DNA of 64,000 bases, taken from an uncultured Acidobacteriota bacterium. GTDB taxonomy: Bacteria > Acidobacteriota > Thermoanaerobaculia > Multivoradales > UBA5704. Positions 34,919 to 44,859 of the stretch are shown here, piece by piece. The stretch covers positions 864,001 to 928,000 of the forward strand of contig CAVYRF010000002.1 of NCBI GenBank assembly GCA_963770895.1, read 5' to 3'. How positions within the stretch are numbered: position 1 is the first letter of the stretch; each line of letters begins with the position of its first letter. A program made the translations under genes and the position numbers. The notes under the pieces were generated by a model. The model was given only the letters and a program-made list of their open reading frames with translations, did not search any database and was not told the origin of the DNA.

Positions 34919-36652
34919 GTGTTGCTGCATCAGCATCCTGATCGTGATGAATTGGAGAGGTATGCCCGCGGCGAAGCAGCCGTTGAGCGTGAGCTGTGGA
35001 TAGAGCGCCACTTGCGGTCCGGTTGTGCCGCGTGCCAGCGCTCTGTCGATAGTCTGTTGCCTGGAGCTCCCCTGGAGGCGCCGGCGCCGTCCGCCGCGTC
35101 CCCCGCCGCCTTGCGGTCGCGGCGGTTTCCTGTCGCCGCGCACGAAGCGGGCCGCCAGATGGGCGCGCTGGCAGCTGCCCGGCCACAGCGTGCGCAGGTG
35201 CCGGACTCGCCGTTCCCGGCGGAGGTGGAGCACCCCGCGGACCTGGCGGATGCACGGCAGACGGCCGACCCGGCCGGCTCGGCCAATCCGGCAAAGTTGG
35301 CGGACCACCGGCACGCGGCCACGACCCGGCCGGCCCACGGCGGCCATCCGGCAGCACACCAGGCACAGGCGGCCAATGACGCCTGGGACAGGATGTTCGC
35401 CAAGCTCGATCTGCGGCTCACCGCCATTACCACCGAGCGGGATGCGGCGCCCGGCCTGCTTGCCGAGCTGCTCGCCCATCCGCCGGCACGGCGGGCGGCG
35501 GTGATCGAGCAGGAGCGGCGGTTCTGCAACCTGTCGGTTTGCGACCTGCTGGTCGAAAAGATCTTCGACGCCGCCGCGCGCGCCGGCTTCGGCATGCCGC
35601 CGCCTCCCCCCGACCTGGCGGAGCTGGCTCTGCTGGCGTCCGAACGCCTCGACTCCGGCTATTACGGCACGGCGATGGTCAACGACATGCGGTCGCGCGC
35701 CTGGGCCGCGCTGGCCAGCGCCCGCCGGGCGGCCGGCGATTGGCATGCCGCCGAACAGGCCCTTGCCCTGGCCGAATCGCTGGCCGAAGACGGCTCCGCG
35801 GACCCGCTGGAAGAAGCGCGGCTGCTGGAGCTGCGGGCAGCCTTGCTCAGCGACCAGGGGTGGTTCGAAGAAGCCGTCCACCTCATCGATGCCGTGGTCG
35901 ACATCTACGACGACGTCAAGGACGCGCACCGCCTGGGCAGGGCCCTGATCAAAAAGGGCCTGTATCTGGGGCATTCCAGCCAACCGCAGCAGGGGATCGA
36001 GCTGATCCCGCAGGGCCTGGCGCTGCTGGATCGCAATCAGGAACCCGAGCTGGCCCTGCACGCCCGGCATCACCTGGCATGGTTCCTCAACGACTGCGGC
36101 GACTGGCGGCGCGCCCAGGCCCAGCTGGCAGAGTTCCGGCGCCTGCAGGCCCCCGGTGCCGACCTCGCCGGCGGCGCCGGACCCGCCGCCGACGGCGCCG
36201 GCGGCGCCAGCGGCAGCGACGGTTTCGCCGAGTCCGGCCCGCCGGCCCTGCCCGTCGACGCCCACACCGCCCTGCGGCTCGATTGGCTGGAGGCGCGCAT
36301 CGCCCACCGCTCGGGACACCTCGACGAAGCCGAATGGCGCCTGCGGCGTGTGCGCCAGGCATTCGTCGAGCGCGCCGCCGGCCTGGACGCGGCGATGGTG
36401 ATCCTCGACCTGGCCGGCCTCTATCTGGACCAGGGAAAACCGGCCAAAGTTCGCCGCCTTGCGGACGAGCTGCTGCCCATCTTCCTGTCGCGGGACCTCC
36501 ACCGGGAGGCCGCCGCAGCGCTCGTCGTCTTCCAGCAGGCCGTCGCCGGCGACCGCGTCACACCCTCGCTGTTGCGCCAGATCGCCGCCTACCTGCGGCG
36601 TGGCCGGCGCGAATCGGCGCCGGAGCTCCCCGCCCGCGGCCGCATCGCCTAG
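34919..36652 (+). CDS. TPR-like helical repeat protein with an N-terminal anti-sigma-type Zn-finger-like motif
   Basis: RBS ggagg; HP..L.........HLRSGCAAC N-terminus, low-complexity linker, helical repeats (RAWAALASARRAAG, GRALIKKG). Confidence 0.75.
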   Translation: MLLHQHPDRDELERYARGEAAVERELWIERHLRSGCAACQRSVDSLLPGAPLEAPAPSAASPAALRSRRFPVAAHEAGRQMGALAAARPQRAQVPDSPFPAEVEHPADLADARQTADPAGSANPAKLADHRHAATTRPAHGGHPAAHQAQAANDAWDRMFAKLDLRLTAITTERDAAPGLLAELLAHPPARRAAVIEQERRFCNLSVCDLLVEKIFDAAARAGFGMPPPPPDLAELALLASERLDSGYYGTAMVNDMRSRAWAALASARRAAGDWHAAEQALALAESLAEDGSADPLEEARLLELRAALLSDQGWFEEAVHLIDAVVDIYDDVKDAHRLGRALIKKGLYLGHSSQPQQGIELIPQGLALLDRNQEPELALHARHHLAWFLNDCGDWRRAQAQLAEFRRLQAPGADLAGGAGPAADGAGGASGSDGFAESGPPALPVDAHTALRLDWLEARIAHRSGHLDEAEWRLRRVRQAFVERAAGLDAAMVILDLAGLYLDQGKPAKVRRLADELLPIFLSRDLHREAAAALVVFQQAVAGDRVTPSLLRQIAAYLRRGRRESAPELPARGRIA

Positions 36653-36718
36653 TGCCTCCGATACTTCGCTGCCGAGTTGGAGCGGCACGGAGGGGGGATC
36701 GAATATGCTTGCGCCCTC

Positions 36719-37948
36719 ATGGCGCGGGCGGCGGTGCAGGTGGCTCGGATGTCGACCGGCGAGGCGCGGCGACTGCTGCTGGGCGCCCAGGGGCTGTTGG
36801 CGCGGCCGCCGCGGGCCACGGCGGAAAGCGTGTACCAGCTGGTCCTGCAGCTGGGATACGTGCAGATCGACTCGATCAATGTCGTCGAGCGCGCTCACCA
36901 CCTGATCCTGGGATCCCGGCTGCTCGGCTATCGGCCGAGCCTGCTGCAGGGACTGCTGGAACGGCAGCGGCGCCTGTTCGAGCACTGGACCCATGACGCC
37001 GCGGCGATCCCGACCATTCGGTTTCCCCATTGGCACGAGCGCTTCGAGCGTTTCCGCCGCTCGACCCGCCTCTGGTGGCGGGAGCGGATGGGGGAAGACT
37101 CCCTCGCAGTCGTCGCGCGGGTGCGGGAGCGCCTGCGGCTCGACGGGCCGCTCGCGGTGCGCGAGCTGGCCGCGGCGGAAGGCCATGCCGGCGGCGGCGG
37201 ATCCTGGTGGGGATGGTCGCCAGCCAAGGCGGCGCTGGAATACCTGTGGCGGACGGGCGAAGTCGCCATTGCCGGCCGGCGCAGCTTCCACAAGGTCTAC
37301 GACCTGGTGGAGCGGGTGCTGCCGGAGGCCGCCGCCCTGCCGCCCCCCGGCCCCGCCGTACACGTCGACTGGGCATGCAGAACGGCGATCGAACGCCTGG
37401 GGGTGGCGACACCCGAAGAGGTGGCGGCATTCTGGCACTCGATCCCCGCCGCCACGGCACGGCGATGGTGCACCGATGCCGCCTCCCGCGGCGAGCTGAT
37501 GGCCGTCTCCGTGCAGGCGGCGCCCAAGACGGTCGACGCGCGGCCAGGGCGCCTGGCCTTCGCCGTTCCCGACTGGCAGGAGCGGACGCACATCGAGCCC
37601 GCCAGCGGCGCCATGCGCCTGCTCTGCCCCTTCGATCCCATCCTGCGCGACCGGCGCCGGGCGCTGCGGCTGTTCGGGTTCGACTTTCGTTTCGAGGGCT
37701 TCGTGCCGGCGGGACAGCGGCAGCACGGCTACTACGTGATGCCCATCCTGGAGGGAGAGCACCTGGTCGGCAGGATCGACCCCAAGCTGCACCGTCAGTC
37801 GCAGCGGCTGGAGGTGCGATCCGTCCGCTGGGAACCAGGCATCCGCGCTTCCCGCCGCCGCCTCGCCGCGCTCGACGCCGCCGTCGGCCGTCTCGCCACC
37901 CGCCTGGGCGCAACCGCCTGGGACCTACCACCCGCGGCCAAGCACTAG
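36719..37948 (+). CDS. Crosslink-repair DNA glycosylase, YcaQ/AlkZ (HTH_42) family
   Basis: QIDSINVVERAH (QxD), LFEHWTHDA, YDLVERVLP, LLCPFDP, GYYVMPIL..LVGRID. Confidence 0.9.
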   Translation: MARAAVQVARMSTGEARRLLLGAQGLLARPPRATAESVYQLVLQLGYVQIDSINVVERAHHLILGSRLLGYRPSLLQGLLERQRRLFEHWTHDAAAIPTIRFPHWHERFERFRRSTRLWWRERMGEDSLAVVARVRERLRLDGPLAVRELAAAEGHAGGGGSWWGWSPAKAALEYLWRTGEVAIAGRRSFHKVYDLVERVLPEAAALPPPGPAVHVDWACRTAIERLGVATPEEVAAFWHSIPAATARRWCTDAASRGELMAVSVQAAPKTVDARPGRLAFAVPDWQERTHIEPASGAMRLLCPFDPILRDRRRALRLFGFDFRFEGFVPAGQRQHGYYVMPILEGEHLVGRIDPKLHRQSQRLEVRSVRWEPGIRASRRRLAALDAAVGRLATRLGATAWDLPPAAKH

Positions 37949-38150
37949 TGGCCTGTCCTGTTCGAATCGAAAGCGCCTGGCTTGCCCTCGACGGGGGGGG
38001 CTGCGTTCCGACCTGCCGGGATGCCAGGACAGGCGACAGCCCTGGCCGCCTCCTCGGCATAGTTCCGACTATGCCTGCGTCGGCGCGCCTGGCCCGCGCC
38101 GCCGAATGGCGGCGCCAGCCGCTTTCGATTTCTCCAGGACAGGCCACAAG
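37945..38150. repeat. ~205-bp palindromic repeat element, copy 2
   Basis: Homologous to 19740..19946; TIR ctagtggcctgtcctg / caggacaggccacaag; left CTAG overlaps the ycaQ-like stop codon. Confidence 0.85.
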
Positions 38151-38167
38151 CCCCCTGCAAATGCGAA

Positions 38168-38196
38168 GGGGAGAGGGCCGGTCGGCGCCTCTCCCC
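38168..38196 (-). terminator. Hairpin between convergent genes
   Basis: ggggagagg...cctctcccc stem. Confidence 0.45.
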
Positions 38197-38264
38197 GTTC
38201 GTTGTATCTACGGTGACGCTCGCCTGAACCGGGCGGGCGTACCGAGCTGTTGCTTACAAGCTGG

Positions 38265-38696
38265 TTACTTGCCGGTCGACTTGGCAGCGCCGGTCGTGGC
38301 CGACTTGTCAGCCATGATGCGGACCTTGAGCGCCCAGTTGTCGGTGCCGTCGTTGTGGTAGGAGACGGAAACCATGCCGCCCGTCTTCACGTCGTCCCAG
38401 CTGCCCTTGGCCTTGCCGTTCCAGTAGGTGGTCTTGTCGTTGGCCTTGACGGTCACGTCAGCGCCGGTCTTCGGGTGGACGGTGATGCTCTTGGACGTGG
38501 CGTCAACCGCGGCGACGGTGCCGTGGACGGACTTGGCGGAGGCCGTGTGGTGCTTGGTGGTGGTGGTCGTGGTGGTGGTGGTGCCGGTGCTGGTCGCGGT
38601 GGTCGCGCTGGTGCCGGTCGTGGTGGTGCCGGTCTGCGCATACGCGAAGGCGGCCACAACCAGGAGGACCAGGGTAAGAATGAACGTCTTGCGCAT
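38265..38696 (-). CDS. Small secreted protein with a Thr-rich linker and OB-fold-like (DUF5666-like) domain
   Basis: RBS aaggag, signal peptide MRKTFILTLVLLVVAAFAYA, GTVAAVD..SITV...DDVKTGGMVSVSY. Confidence 0.8.
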   Translation of the reverse strand: MRKTFILTLVLLVVAAFAYAQTGTTTTGTSATTATSTGTTTTTTTTTKHHTASAKSVHGTVAAVDATSKSITVHPKTGADVTVKANDKTTYWNGKAKGSWDDVKTGGMVSVSYHNDGTDNWALKVRIMADKSATTGAAKSTGK

Positions 38697-38754
38697 CGAG
38701 CGCTCCTTTATCGGAAACGATCGGAGATGATTCTCCGTCCCGACGTCACACACA

Positions 38755-38770
38755 TGCATTGGGAATGCCA
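38755..38770 (-). promoter_or_regulatory. Putative sigma54 (-24/-12) promoter
   Basis: TGGCATTCCCAATGCA (GG-N10-GC), ~60 nt upstream of ATG 38696. Confidence 0.55.
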
Positions 38771-38982
38771 GCGTTGGAGACCAGCCGCAGCGCGACCGCT
38801 CCGAGGGAAAACCGCGGCGACAACCCTCGCCGGCCGAGGGGAACCTACACCAATGGCGTGCCACTCCGACGCTATCGCCAAAACGGCACACACTCCCCCA
38901 CCCCAACTACCGCCCCTTCCAAACCTCCTGCACCACCTTCCACCACCGGCCGCTGCCGGCCTGCCCCCCTTGCCTGCCCCCC

Positions 38983-40143
38983 CTAGAGGAGGACCGCGGC
39001 GCGGGCGACCGGCAGCCGGTCTGCCGCGCAACGCGCGGCGCCCAGCAACGCGGTGCGGTCGTTCAGGATGACCCGCACCGGGATGCGCTCGAGCAGCCCG
39101 GCGAATCGCCCCTTGTCCCGGAACGACTGCAAAAAGGAACCGCTCTGTAATTTCGCCAGGTTCTTGGGAGCGATCCCTCCACCTACATAGATGCCGCCGG
39201 TTGCCATGGCGGTGAGCGCCAGGTTGCCGGCGGCCGCACCGTAGGCGGCGATGAACATGTCCAGGGCGTGCGATGCCAGCCGGTCGTTGCCCGCGGCGCC
39301 GGCAGCCGCGATGGCCGCCGACGGGTCGCCGGCCTGCATGGCCTGGCCCAGATCGGCCGCTTCGGGCGCATAGCCGTCGTCGCGCAAGTGCTCGTAGATC
39401 GCCTGGAGCCCATGTCCCGACACCACCCGCTCGACGCTGACGTGCTCGCCGAAGCGGCGGCGCAGGCCCAGCATCAGCGCCGCCTCCTCGTCGTTGCGCG
39501 GGGCGTAGTCGGCGTGCCCGCCTTCGGACGGGACGATCAGCCTCTCCTCCCCCGCCAGCGGCATCAGCGCCATGCCCAGACCGGTGCCCGCGGCAATCAG
39601 CGCCTGGTTGCCGCGCTCGATCGCGGCATGTCCCGGCTCGCCGGCGCCGCCGCCGCCGGCCGCCGCGCCAGGTCCAGCCGGCGGCGCAACCGGTTGCAGC
39701 GTCACCAGCTCGGCCTCCGCGAGCAGCGGAATGCCTGCCGCCGTGGCATACAGGTCGTTGATCAGGCGCACCGCGGGCAGCCCCACCGCCGCGGCCACGG
39801 CTTCGCCGTCGATCTCCCAGGCAAGATTTGGCGTGCTGGCGCGATTGCCGGCCACCGGACCCGCCACGCCAAAACAGGCGGCGGCGATGGGGCGCGAATC
39901 CTGCTGGCGAAGAAAGGCGGTCACCACCGCCGCCAGGTCGGCAAAGTCGGCGCTGCGAAAGGTCGCGGCGGCCAGCGGGCGCAGCGAGCGCGGCGATTGC
40001 GGCGCGCGCGCCGGCGCCGCGTCGTTGCGGCCGGCGCCACCCTGCTCGAACAGGCCAAGATTGCTCTTGGTGCCGCCGATATCGCCGGCCAGGAGGATCA
40101 TCGGCCCCCTCGCCGCGTTCGCCCCGTTCCGCTCATCCGTCAC
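38983..40143 (-). CDS. glk: Glucokinase
   Basis: LAGDIGGT, GVAGP, LINDL, GTGLG, SEGGH, ERVVSG, GGGIAPK. Confidence 0.93.
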   Translation of the reverse strand: MTDERNGANAARGPMILLAGDIGGTKSNLGLFEQGGAGRNDAAPARAPQSPRSLRPLAAATFRSADFADLAAVVTAFLRQQDSRPIAAACFGVAGPVAGNRASTPNLAWEIDGEAVAAAVGLPAVRLINDLYATAAGIPLLAEAELVTLQPVAPPAGPGAAAGGGGAGEPGHAAIERGNQALIAAGTGLGMALMPLAGEERLIVPSEGGHADYAPRNDEEAALMLGLRRRFGEHVSVERVVSGHGLQAIYEHLRDDGYAPEAADLGQAMQAGDPSAAIAAAGAAGNDRLASHALDMFIAAYGAAAGNLALTAMATGGIYVGGGIAPKNLAKLQSGSFLQSFRDKGRFAGLLERIPVRVILNDRTALLGAARCAADRLPVARAAVLL

Positions 40144-40508
40144 ACCTCTTCCCCGTCGTCGTCATCACCCCGCGTCGTCCCTCGGTGTCCTGGAGAGCAC
40201 GGTTGGCGCCGGCCGGCTGCGGATCGCGACGTCGCATCGAGGCCCGCGGCGCGGCGGCAGGTGAGAGGACGGAGAGCACGGACCATCCCGAAACCCGGCC
40301 GCCGGCGCGCCCCGGCCGCGGAGACCGCATGGTACGATCCGGCCGCGATGCCGAGTCCGGGAACGGCCCGGCTCTCCAAGTTGCGAAACGCGGTCGACCC
40401 CCAAAAGTTCCAAACGGGAAGCGATCGACTCGGCGCCGAGTTGGCGCGGAGCCGCGCCGACCGGCGCAACTCGGCGCCCACAGGCGCAATGCACAAGGGA
40501 GACACACC

Positions 40509-40937
40509 ATGCCGGTTCGGAAAGCAGATGCAGTTTGGGAGGGCGGCCTCAAGACGGGGCAAGGTCGCCTGGAGCTGGGCAGCGGCGCCTTCAAGGGCGC
40601 CTATTCATTTGGCTCGCGCTTCGCCGACGAACACGGCACCAACCCCGAAGAGCTGATCGCCGCGGCACACTCAGGCTGCTTCTCGATGGCCCTGGCAGCT
40701 GCCCTGGAACGCGCCGGCCATCCGGCCACGCGGGTGGCGACCACCGCCTCGGTGCACCTGGAGATGGCCAGCGACGGTCCGCGCATCAGCCGCATCGACC
40801 TGCAGACGGAAGCCGAAGTGCCGGGCCTGGACGAAGAGGCGTTCCGTCGCCAGGCCGAAGACGCCAAGACAGGGTGCCCGGTTTCGAAGGCCCTGGCCGG
40901 CACCACCATCACGCTGTCGGCACGCCTGGTCGGTTGA
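40509..40937 (+). CDS. osmC: OsmC family peroxiredoxin
   Basis: AVWEG..G.G, GTNPEELIAAAHSGCFSMAL, CPVSKAL; RBS aaggga. Confidence 0.92.
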   Translation: MPVRKADAVWEGGLKTGQGRLELGSGAFKGAYSFGSRFADEHGTNPEELIAAAHSGCFSMALAAALERAGHPATRVATTASVHLEMASDGPRISRIDLQTEAEVPGLDEEAFRRQAEDAKTGCPVSKALAGTTITLSARLVG

Positions 40938-41084
40938 TCCGCGGGCGCCCGCTCCGCCGCCGCGCCGGCGCGCCTCGCCGACTTTCAGTCCTGGGTGTCA
41001 TAGTAAAGTCGCTATGGCACCCTTGACTTCCCACCGCCGCCCTCCATAACCTGCCGACGAGTCCATCCTGATAAGGAGACCGCA

Positions 41085-41693
41085 GTGGCGTGGAAGAAGA
41101 ACGATGACAACCCCATCCTCCCGGAACCGGCGCCCCTCGCGACGCGCCCCGCCACCCCACCCCCCGCATCCCTGACCGACTCGCGGCGCGCCGACCGCGG
41201 CACCGCCACCATCGGCCCATCCATCTTTATCAAAGGCGACCTGAGCGGCGACGAAGACCTGGTGATCGAAGGCCGCGTCGAAGGCCGCATCGACCTCAAG
41301 CAGCACAACGTCACGATCGGCAAGAACGGCAGGGTGCATGCCGACGTCTACGGCAACACGGTGGTCGTCGAGGGCGAAGTGGACGGCAACCTCTTCGCCC
41401 AGCAGCAGGCGATCCTGCGCCAGTCCGGCGCGGTGCGCGGCAACATCACCGCGCCGCGCGTGATGCTCGAAGACGGCTCGCGCTTCCGTGGCAGCATCGA
41501 CATGGATTCCAAGCAGGAGGCAAAGGCCGGGGCACCGAACGCTGGCGGCGGCGGCGCCACCGCGCCGGCGCCCGCGTCGGGTGCCAACGTGGCCGCGGGC
41601 ACTCCGGCGCCAGCTTCGACGGGGGCGGCGGGAGCAGGTTCGCCGGCGGCGCTGGCCGGCGCCGGCGTCCGCGGCGGCAGCAGTGGCAGCTGA
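41085..41693 (+). CDS. Bactofilin (polymer-forming cytoskeletal protein)
   Basis: IGPSIFIKGDLSGDEDLVIEGRVEG..VEGEVDGN..V.GNI.APR..LEDG..F.G. Confidence 0.92.
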   Translation: MAWKKNDDNPILPEPAPLATRPATPPPASLTDSRRADRGTATIGPSIFIKGDLSGDEDLVIEGRVEGRIDLKQHNVTIGKNGRVHADVYGNTVVVEGEVDGNLFAQQQAILRQSGAVRGNITAPRVMLEDGSRFRGSIDMDSKQEAKAGAPNAGGGGATAPAPASGANVAAGTPAPASTGAAGAGSPAALAGAGVRGGSSGS

Positions 41694-41714
41694 TCGTCCG
41701 GCGAGACGCAACGG

Positions 41715-42491
41715 ATGAGCTGGTTCTCGCGCCGCGCCGGGACGCCCCCTCGTCCCGGCGCGGATCAACCCGGCGCCGCCGCCACGGCGGCGGCACCGCC
41801 ACCGCCCGGCGGTCCGCAGAGCCATCGTTCCCTGGGCCTGGCGGCGCTGCTCGCCAGCTTTGCAGGCCACGAGCGGCTGCACGTGCTGGACCTGGGCCCG
41901 GCGGTGGGGGGCAACGTGGAATTCCTCTCCCGCTACGGTTGCAAGTTGTACATCCAGGACCTCTACCCGGCGCTGGTGACGCTGCAGCCGCGCTCCGCGC
42001 AGCCCGGCGCCAACGAGAACGCCGCCCCCTGGGACCGCGCCGTGGTGCGCGAAGCGCGTGAAACCTGGGAGGCGCGCGACGAACGCGAGCGCCAGCAGAC
42101 CGAAGGCGGCAGCCGCTCCGGCGCGCTCGGCGCCCTGGTCAGCTATCCGGACGACACACGGTTCGACGCCGTGCTGGTCTGGGACCTTTTCAACTACCTC
42201 GACCGCCGCGAAGTGGCGGAGCTGGCCCGGCAGCTGGCGCGGTACTGCCGCCCGGGGGCGCTGGTGTTCGGGCTCATCTCGATCCTCAAGCAGATCCCGG
42301 CCGACCCGATGCGCTTCCGCATCGTCGACGCCGACCACCTGAGCTACGAGGCGCGGACGCCGGCGCTGCGCCCCTGCCCACGCTACGCCCCTGCCGAGCT
42401 CAACGAGCTGCTGCGCGGCTTCCAGCTGGACCGCTCGTTCCTGATGCGGCACGGCGTGCAGGAATACCTGTTCGCCCGCATGCCCGGCTGA
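41715..42491 (+). CDS. Class I SAM-methyltransferase-fold protein
   Basis: VLDLGP motif I variant, FDAVLVWDLFNYL, RPGA. Confidence 0.7.
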   Translation: MSWFSRRAGTPPRPGADQPGAAATAAAPPPPGGPQSHRSLGLAALLASFAGHERLHVLDLGPAVGGNVEFLSRYGCKLYIQDLYPALVTLQPRSAQPGANENAAPWDRAVVREARETWEARDERERQQTEGGSRSGALGALVSYPDDTRFDAVLVWDLFNYLDRREVAELARQLARYCRPGALVFGLISILKQIPADPMRFRIVDADHLSYEARTPALRPCPRYAPAELNELLRGFQLDRSFLMRHGVQEYLFARMPG

Positions 42492-42507
42492 GCTACGGGC
42501 GCGGGGT

Positions 42508-43119
42508 TCAGCCCAGGTGGCCCAGACGGGCGCCGGCGCGCAACAAGGCGACCGACGACTTGCCGTCGACGATTTCCCCGCCCGCCGCCATGGCCAGCGC
42601 CCGCGCCAGCGCCACCCGCTCCAGCGTCAGCAGCTCGTCGCCCTCCAGCGCCTGCCGCCCCGCGGTGAGGTCCGTCGCCAGGTAGAGCCAGATCCGTTCG
42701 TCGGTGAAGCCGGGCGTCGTCCAGATCCAGCCCAGCGATTGCAGGGCACCCGCCACCAGACCGGTCTCTTCTTCCAGCTCGCGCGCCGCGCACACCTCGG
42801 GCGCTTCGCCGGGATCGCGGGTGCCGGCGGGCACTTCCAGCAGCCAGCCGCCGGTGGCGTGGCGGTACTGGCGCACCAGCAGCACCTCGCCCGAGCCGAG
42901 CAGCGGCACGATCGCGGCTGCCCCCGGATGGTGAATGATCTCCAGGTCCCGCTCCGAGCCGTCCGGCATGCGCAGGCGATCGACCGCCACCTGGATGCGG
43001 CGGCCGGTGAAGCCGACACGGCTGCCGATCACCGCGACCGGCCGGTCGCCCGCCGGGTCGCCGGCCGCGGATGCGGCAGCCGGCGCCGGGTGCTGGTTGC
43101 CCTCGTCGTCGCTAGCCAT
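42508..43119 (-). CDS. NUDIX hydrolase (ADP-ribose pyrophosphatase-like)
   Basis: HPGA, VRQYR, Nudix box EVPAG..DPGEAPEVCAARELEEETG. Confidence 0.92.
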   Translation of the reverse strand: MASDDEGNQHPAPAAASAAGDPAGDRPVAVIGSRVGFTGRRIQVAVDRLRMPDGSERDLEIIHHPGAAAIVPLLGSGEVLLVRQYRHATGGWLLEVPAGTRDPGEAPEVCAARELEEETGLVAGALQSLGWIWTTPGFTDERIWLYLATDLTAGRQALEGDELLTLERVALARALAMAAGGEIVDGKSSVALLRAGARLGHLG

Positions 43120-43987
43120 GACTCTTGACTCCTTCGGTGCCGGGCGGCAGGTGCTTTTCCTGGTAGCCCTGCGGCAGCACGAACCATGCCTCGGGCGGCG
43201 TCGCGGCTTCGAGCCGGGTGACTTCCATGCTGGTGCGGGTCACCGCCGGGCGGCCGTCGTGCTGGCGGCTGGTCGACACGGTGACGGCGCGCAGGGGATA
43301 GCCGGGCACGGCGCCGGCCTGCGCCGCGATGCGGGCGTCCAGGCCGGCGTCGCCGGTCGGCGGCGGCTCGTGGCGCAACCAGACGCCGGCTCCCTGGTCG
43401 TGCAACTTGTCGGTGATCCACAGGTCCTGCTCGACCACCGTACCGCCCGAGGTGGACATCCCCAGCACGTTGACGACGGTCTTGTAGCTGATCCGGAAGC
43501 GGAAGATCCGCGTCGGCAGACCGGCCACGACGCCGCCGTCCGCTTCGGGCAGGCGCGCCACCCTGAGGTCCGAGACGTTCACCTTGAGCAGCGGCCCCAT
43601 GCCGTGCAGCACGCCGCCAACCCGCTCCAGCATCGCCCGCAGGTCCCAGGGGGTGTAGGAGCGCTGGGCGGGGTCGATCAGGTAGAGGGTGCGTCCGGCG
43701 TCACGGCTGACCAGCCAGGTCCCGGCGCGTGCCGCCGGGTTGTCGCTCTTGTGCAGCTCGATGCGCGCCCGCTGCCCCAGCGCCCAGCCCTCGACCTGCA
43801 CCTCGGAGCTGTGCGGCGCGGTGTCTTCGGCGCCGGCGATCGAGGTGCGCGTCACCGCCGTATAGTGAATCCCCGCCTGGGCCGGCAGCGCCACCGCGGC
43901 CAGGCCGAGCAGGACCAGCACCCCCGCCCCGGCGAGCGCCCGCGCCACCTGGCGGCAAGGGCTGTGCAAGAGGCAGCTACCGGACAT
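43112..43987 (-). CDS. Secreted DUF4412-like protein
   Basis: Signal/TM segment, beta-rich body, C-terminal PPEAWFVLPQGY; start uncertain. Confidence 0.65.
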   Translation of the reverse strand: MSGSCLLHSPCRQVARALAGAGVLVLLGLAAVALPAQAGIHYTAVTRTSIAGAEDTAPHSSEVQVEGWALGQRARIELHKSDNPAARAGTWLVSRDAGRTLYLIDPAQRSYTPWDLRAMLERVGGVLHGMGPLLKVNVSDLRVARLPEADGGVVAGLPTRIFRFRISYKTVVNVLGMSTSGGTVVEQDLWITDKLHDQGAGVWLRHEPPPTGDAGLDARIAAQAGAVPGYPLRAVTVSTSRQHDGRPAVTRTSMEVTRLEAATPPEAWFVLPQGYQEKHLPPGTEGVKSHG

Positions 43988-44777
43988 GACGACCGATCAT
44001 CTCGTTCCCGCCGGCGCACCGCAACCCCCGCACCCTTCGCACTCGCCGCACTCGTCGCAGGCGGGGGCCGCCCCGCCGCTGCGGCGGATGACCTTGCCCG
44101 TGCTGGCCGCTGCCGCGCTGCTGCTGGCGCCGGCGCTGCCTGCCGCTGCCCCGCCTGAACCGGCGCCGGCCACGGCCGCCGCCGGCGCCGCCGCCGGTCC
44201 GGAGGCGCCGCCACCCATCCCGCCGCCGGCGGACGCCGCCGATGCGGCGCGCCTGGCAACCGGCGAGGTGCTGCTGTCGTCGCGCCCCTACGGCACCCGC
44301 CAGCTCACCGAGGAGATCGGGCGCGGCCTGATCGACGCCGCTCCGCGGCGCGTCTTCGCCGCGGTGGCCGACTTCGCTCACTATGACGAATGGGTGCCGT
44401 TCGTGAAGAAGTCGGACGCCCACCCCCAGGCCGACGGCTCGGTGCTCTCCTTCCAGTCCCTGGACCTGCCGTTCCCGCTCGGCACGCGCTACTACCGGTT
44501 CCGCGCCAGGACGGCGGTCGAGGAGCGGGCCGGCAGCGAGGCGTGGCGCGTATGGTGGAGCTACGTGCCGGGCAGCGGCAACGTCGCGGACCACCACGGC
44601 TGGTGGGTCCTGGTGCCGGCGCCGGGCGGCAAGACACTGGGCACCTGCCTGCTGTTCACCGACCCCGGCGGCAGCACCCCGGCCTGGGCCCTGCACCGCG
44701 GCACCGCCGAGACCATGCCTTACGTCTTCAGCGCCCTGCGCCAGCAGATCCACCGCTCGCGCTACGACCGGCAGTGA
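43986..44777 (+). CDS. SRPBCC/START-fold protein, probably exported
   Basis: IDAAPRRVFAAVADFAHYDEWVP, DPGGSTPAW; hydrophobic N-terminal segment; start uncertain. Confidence 0.75.
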   Translation: MTTDHLVPAGAPQPPHPSHSPHSSQAGAAPPLRRMTLPVLAAAALLLAPALPAAAPPEPAPATAAAGAAAGPEAPPPIPPPADAADAARLATGEVLLSSRPYGTRQLTEEIGRGLIDAAPRRVFAAVADFAHYDEWVPFVKKSDAHPQADGSVLSFQSLDLPFPLGTRYYRFRARTAVEERAGSEAWRVWWSYVPGSGNVADHHGWWVLVPAPGGKTLGTCLLFTDPGGSTPAWALHRGTAETMPYVFSALRQQIHRSRYDRQ

Positions 44778-44859
44778 GGGTGGTACACTTCTCCCGGTCC
44801 TCCCTAAGCATCTGTAGAGTCGATACGTCGAGCGTACGGCAGGACTGAGGAAAGCGTGT

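Noticed and set aside
36719-37948. YcaQ/AlkZ glycosylase as a self-resistance gene for the PKS cluster
   Set aside because: It has the QxD motif of the housekeeping YcaQ-like clade and lies ~14 kb from the cluster.
38545-38632. gtggtg-type tandem repeats as a CRISPR array or contingency locus
   Set aside because: They encode the poly-Thr linker of the secreted protein; there is no repeat-spacer structure or cas gene in the window.
41015-41030. TGGCAC upstream of bactofilin as a sigma54 promoter
   Set aside because: There is no GC at the -12 position (GG-N10-TT).
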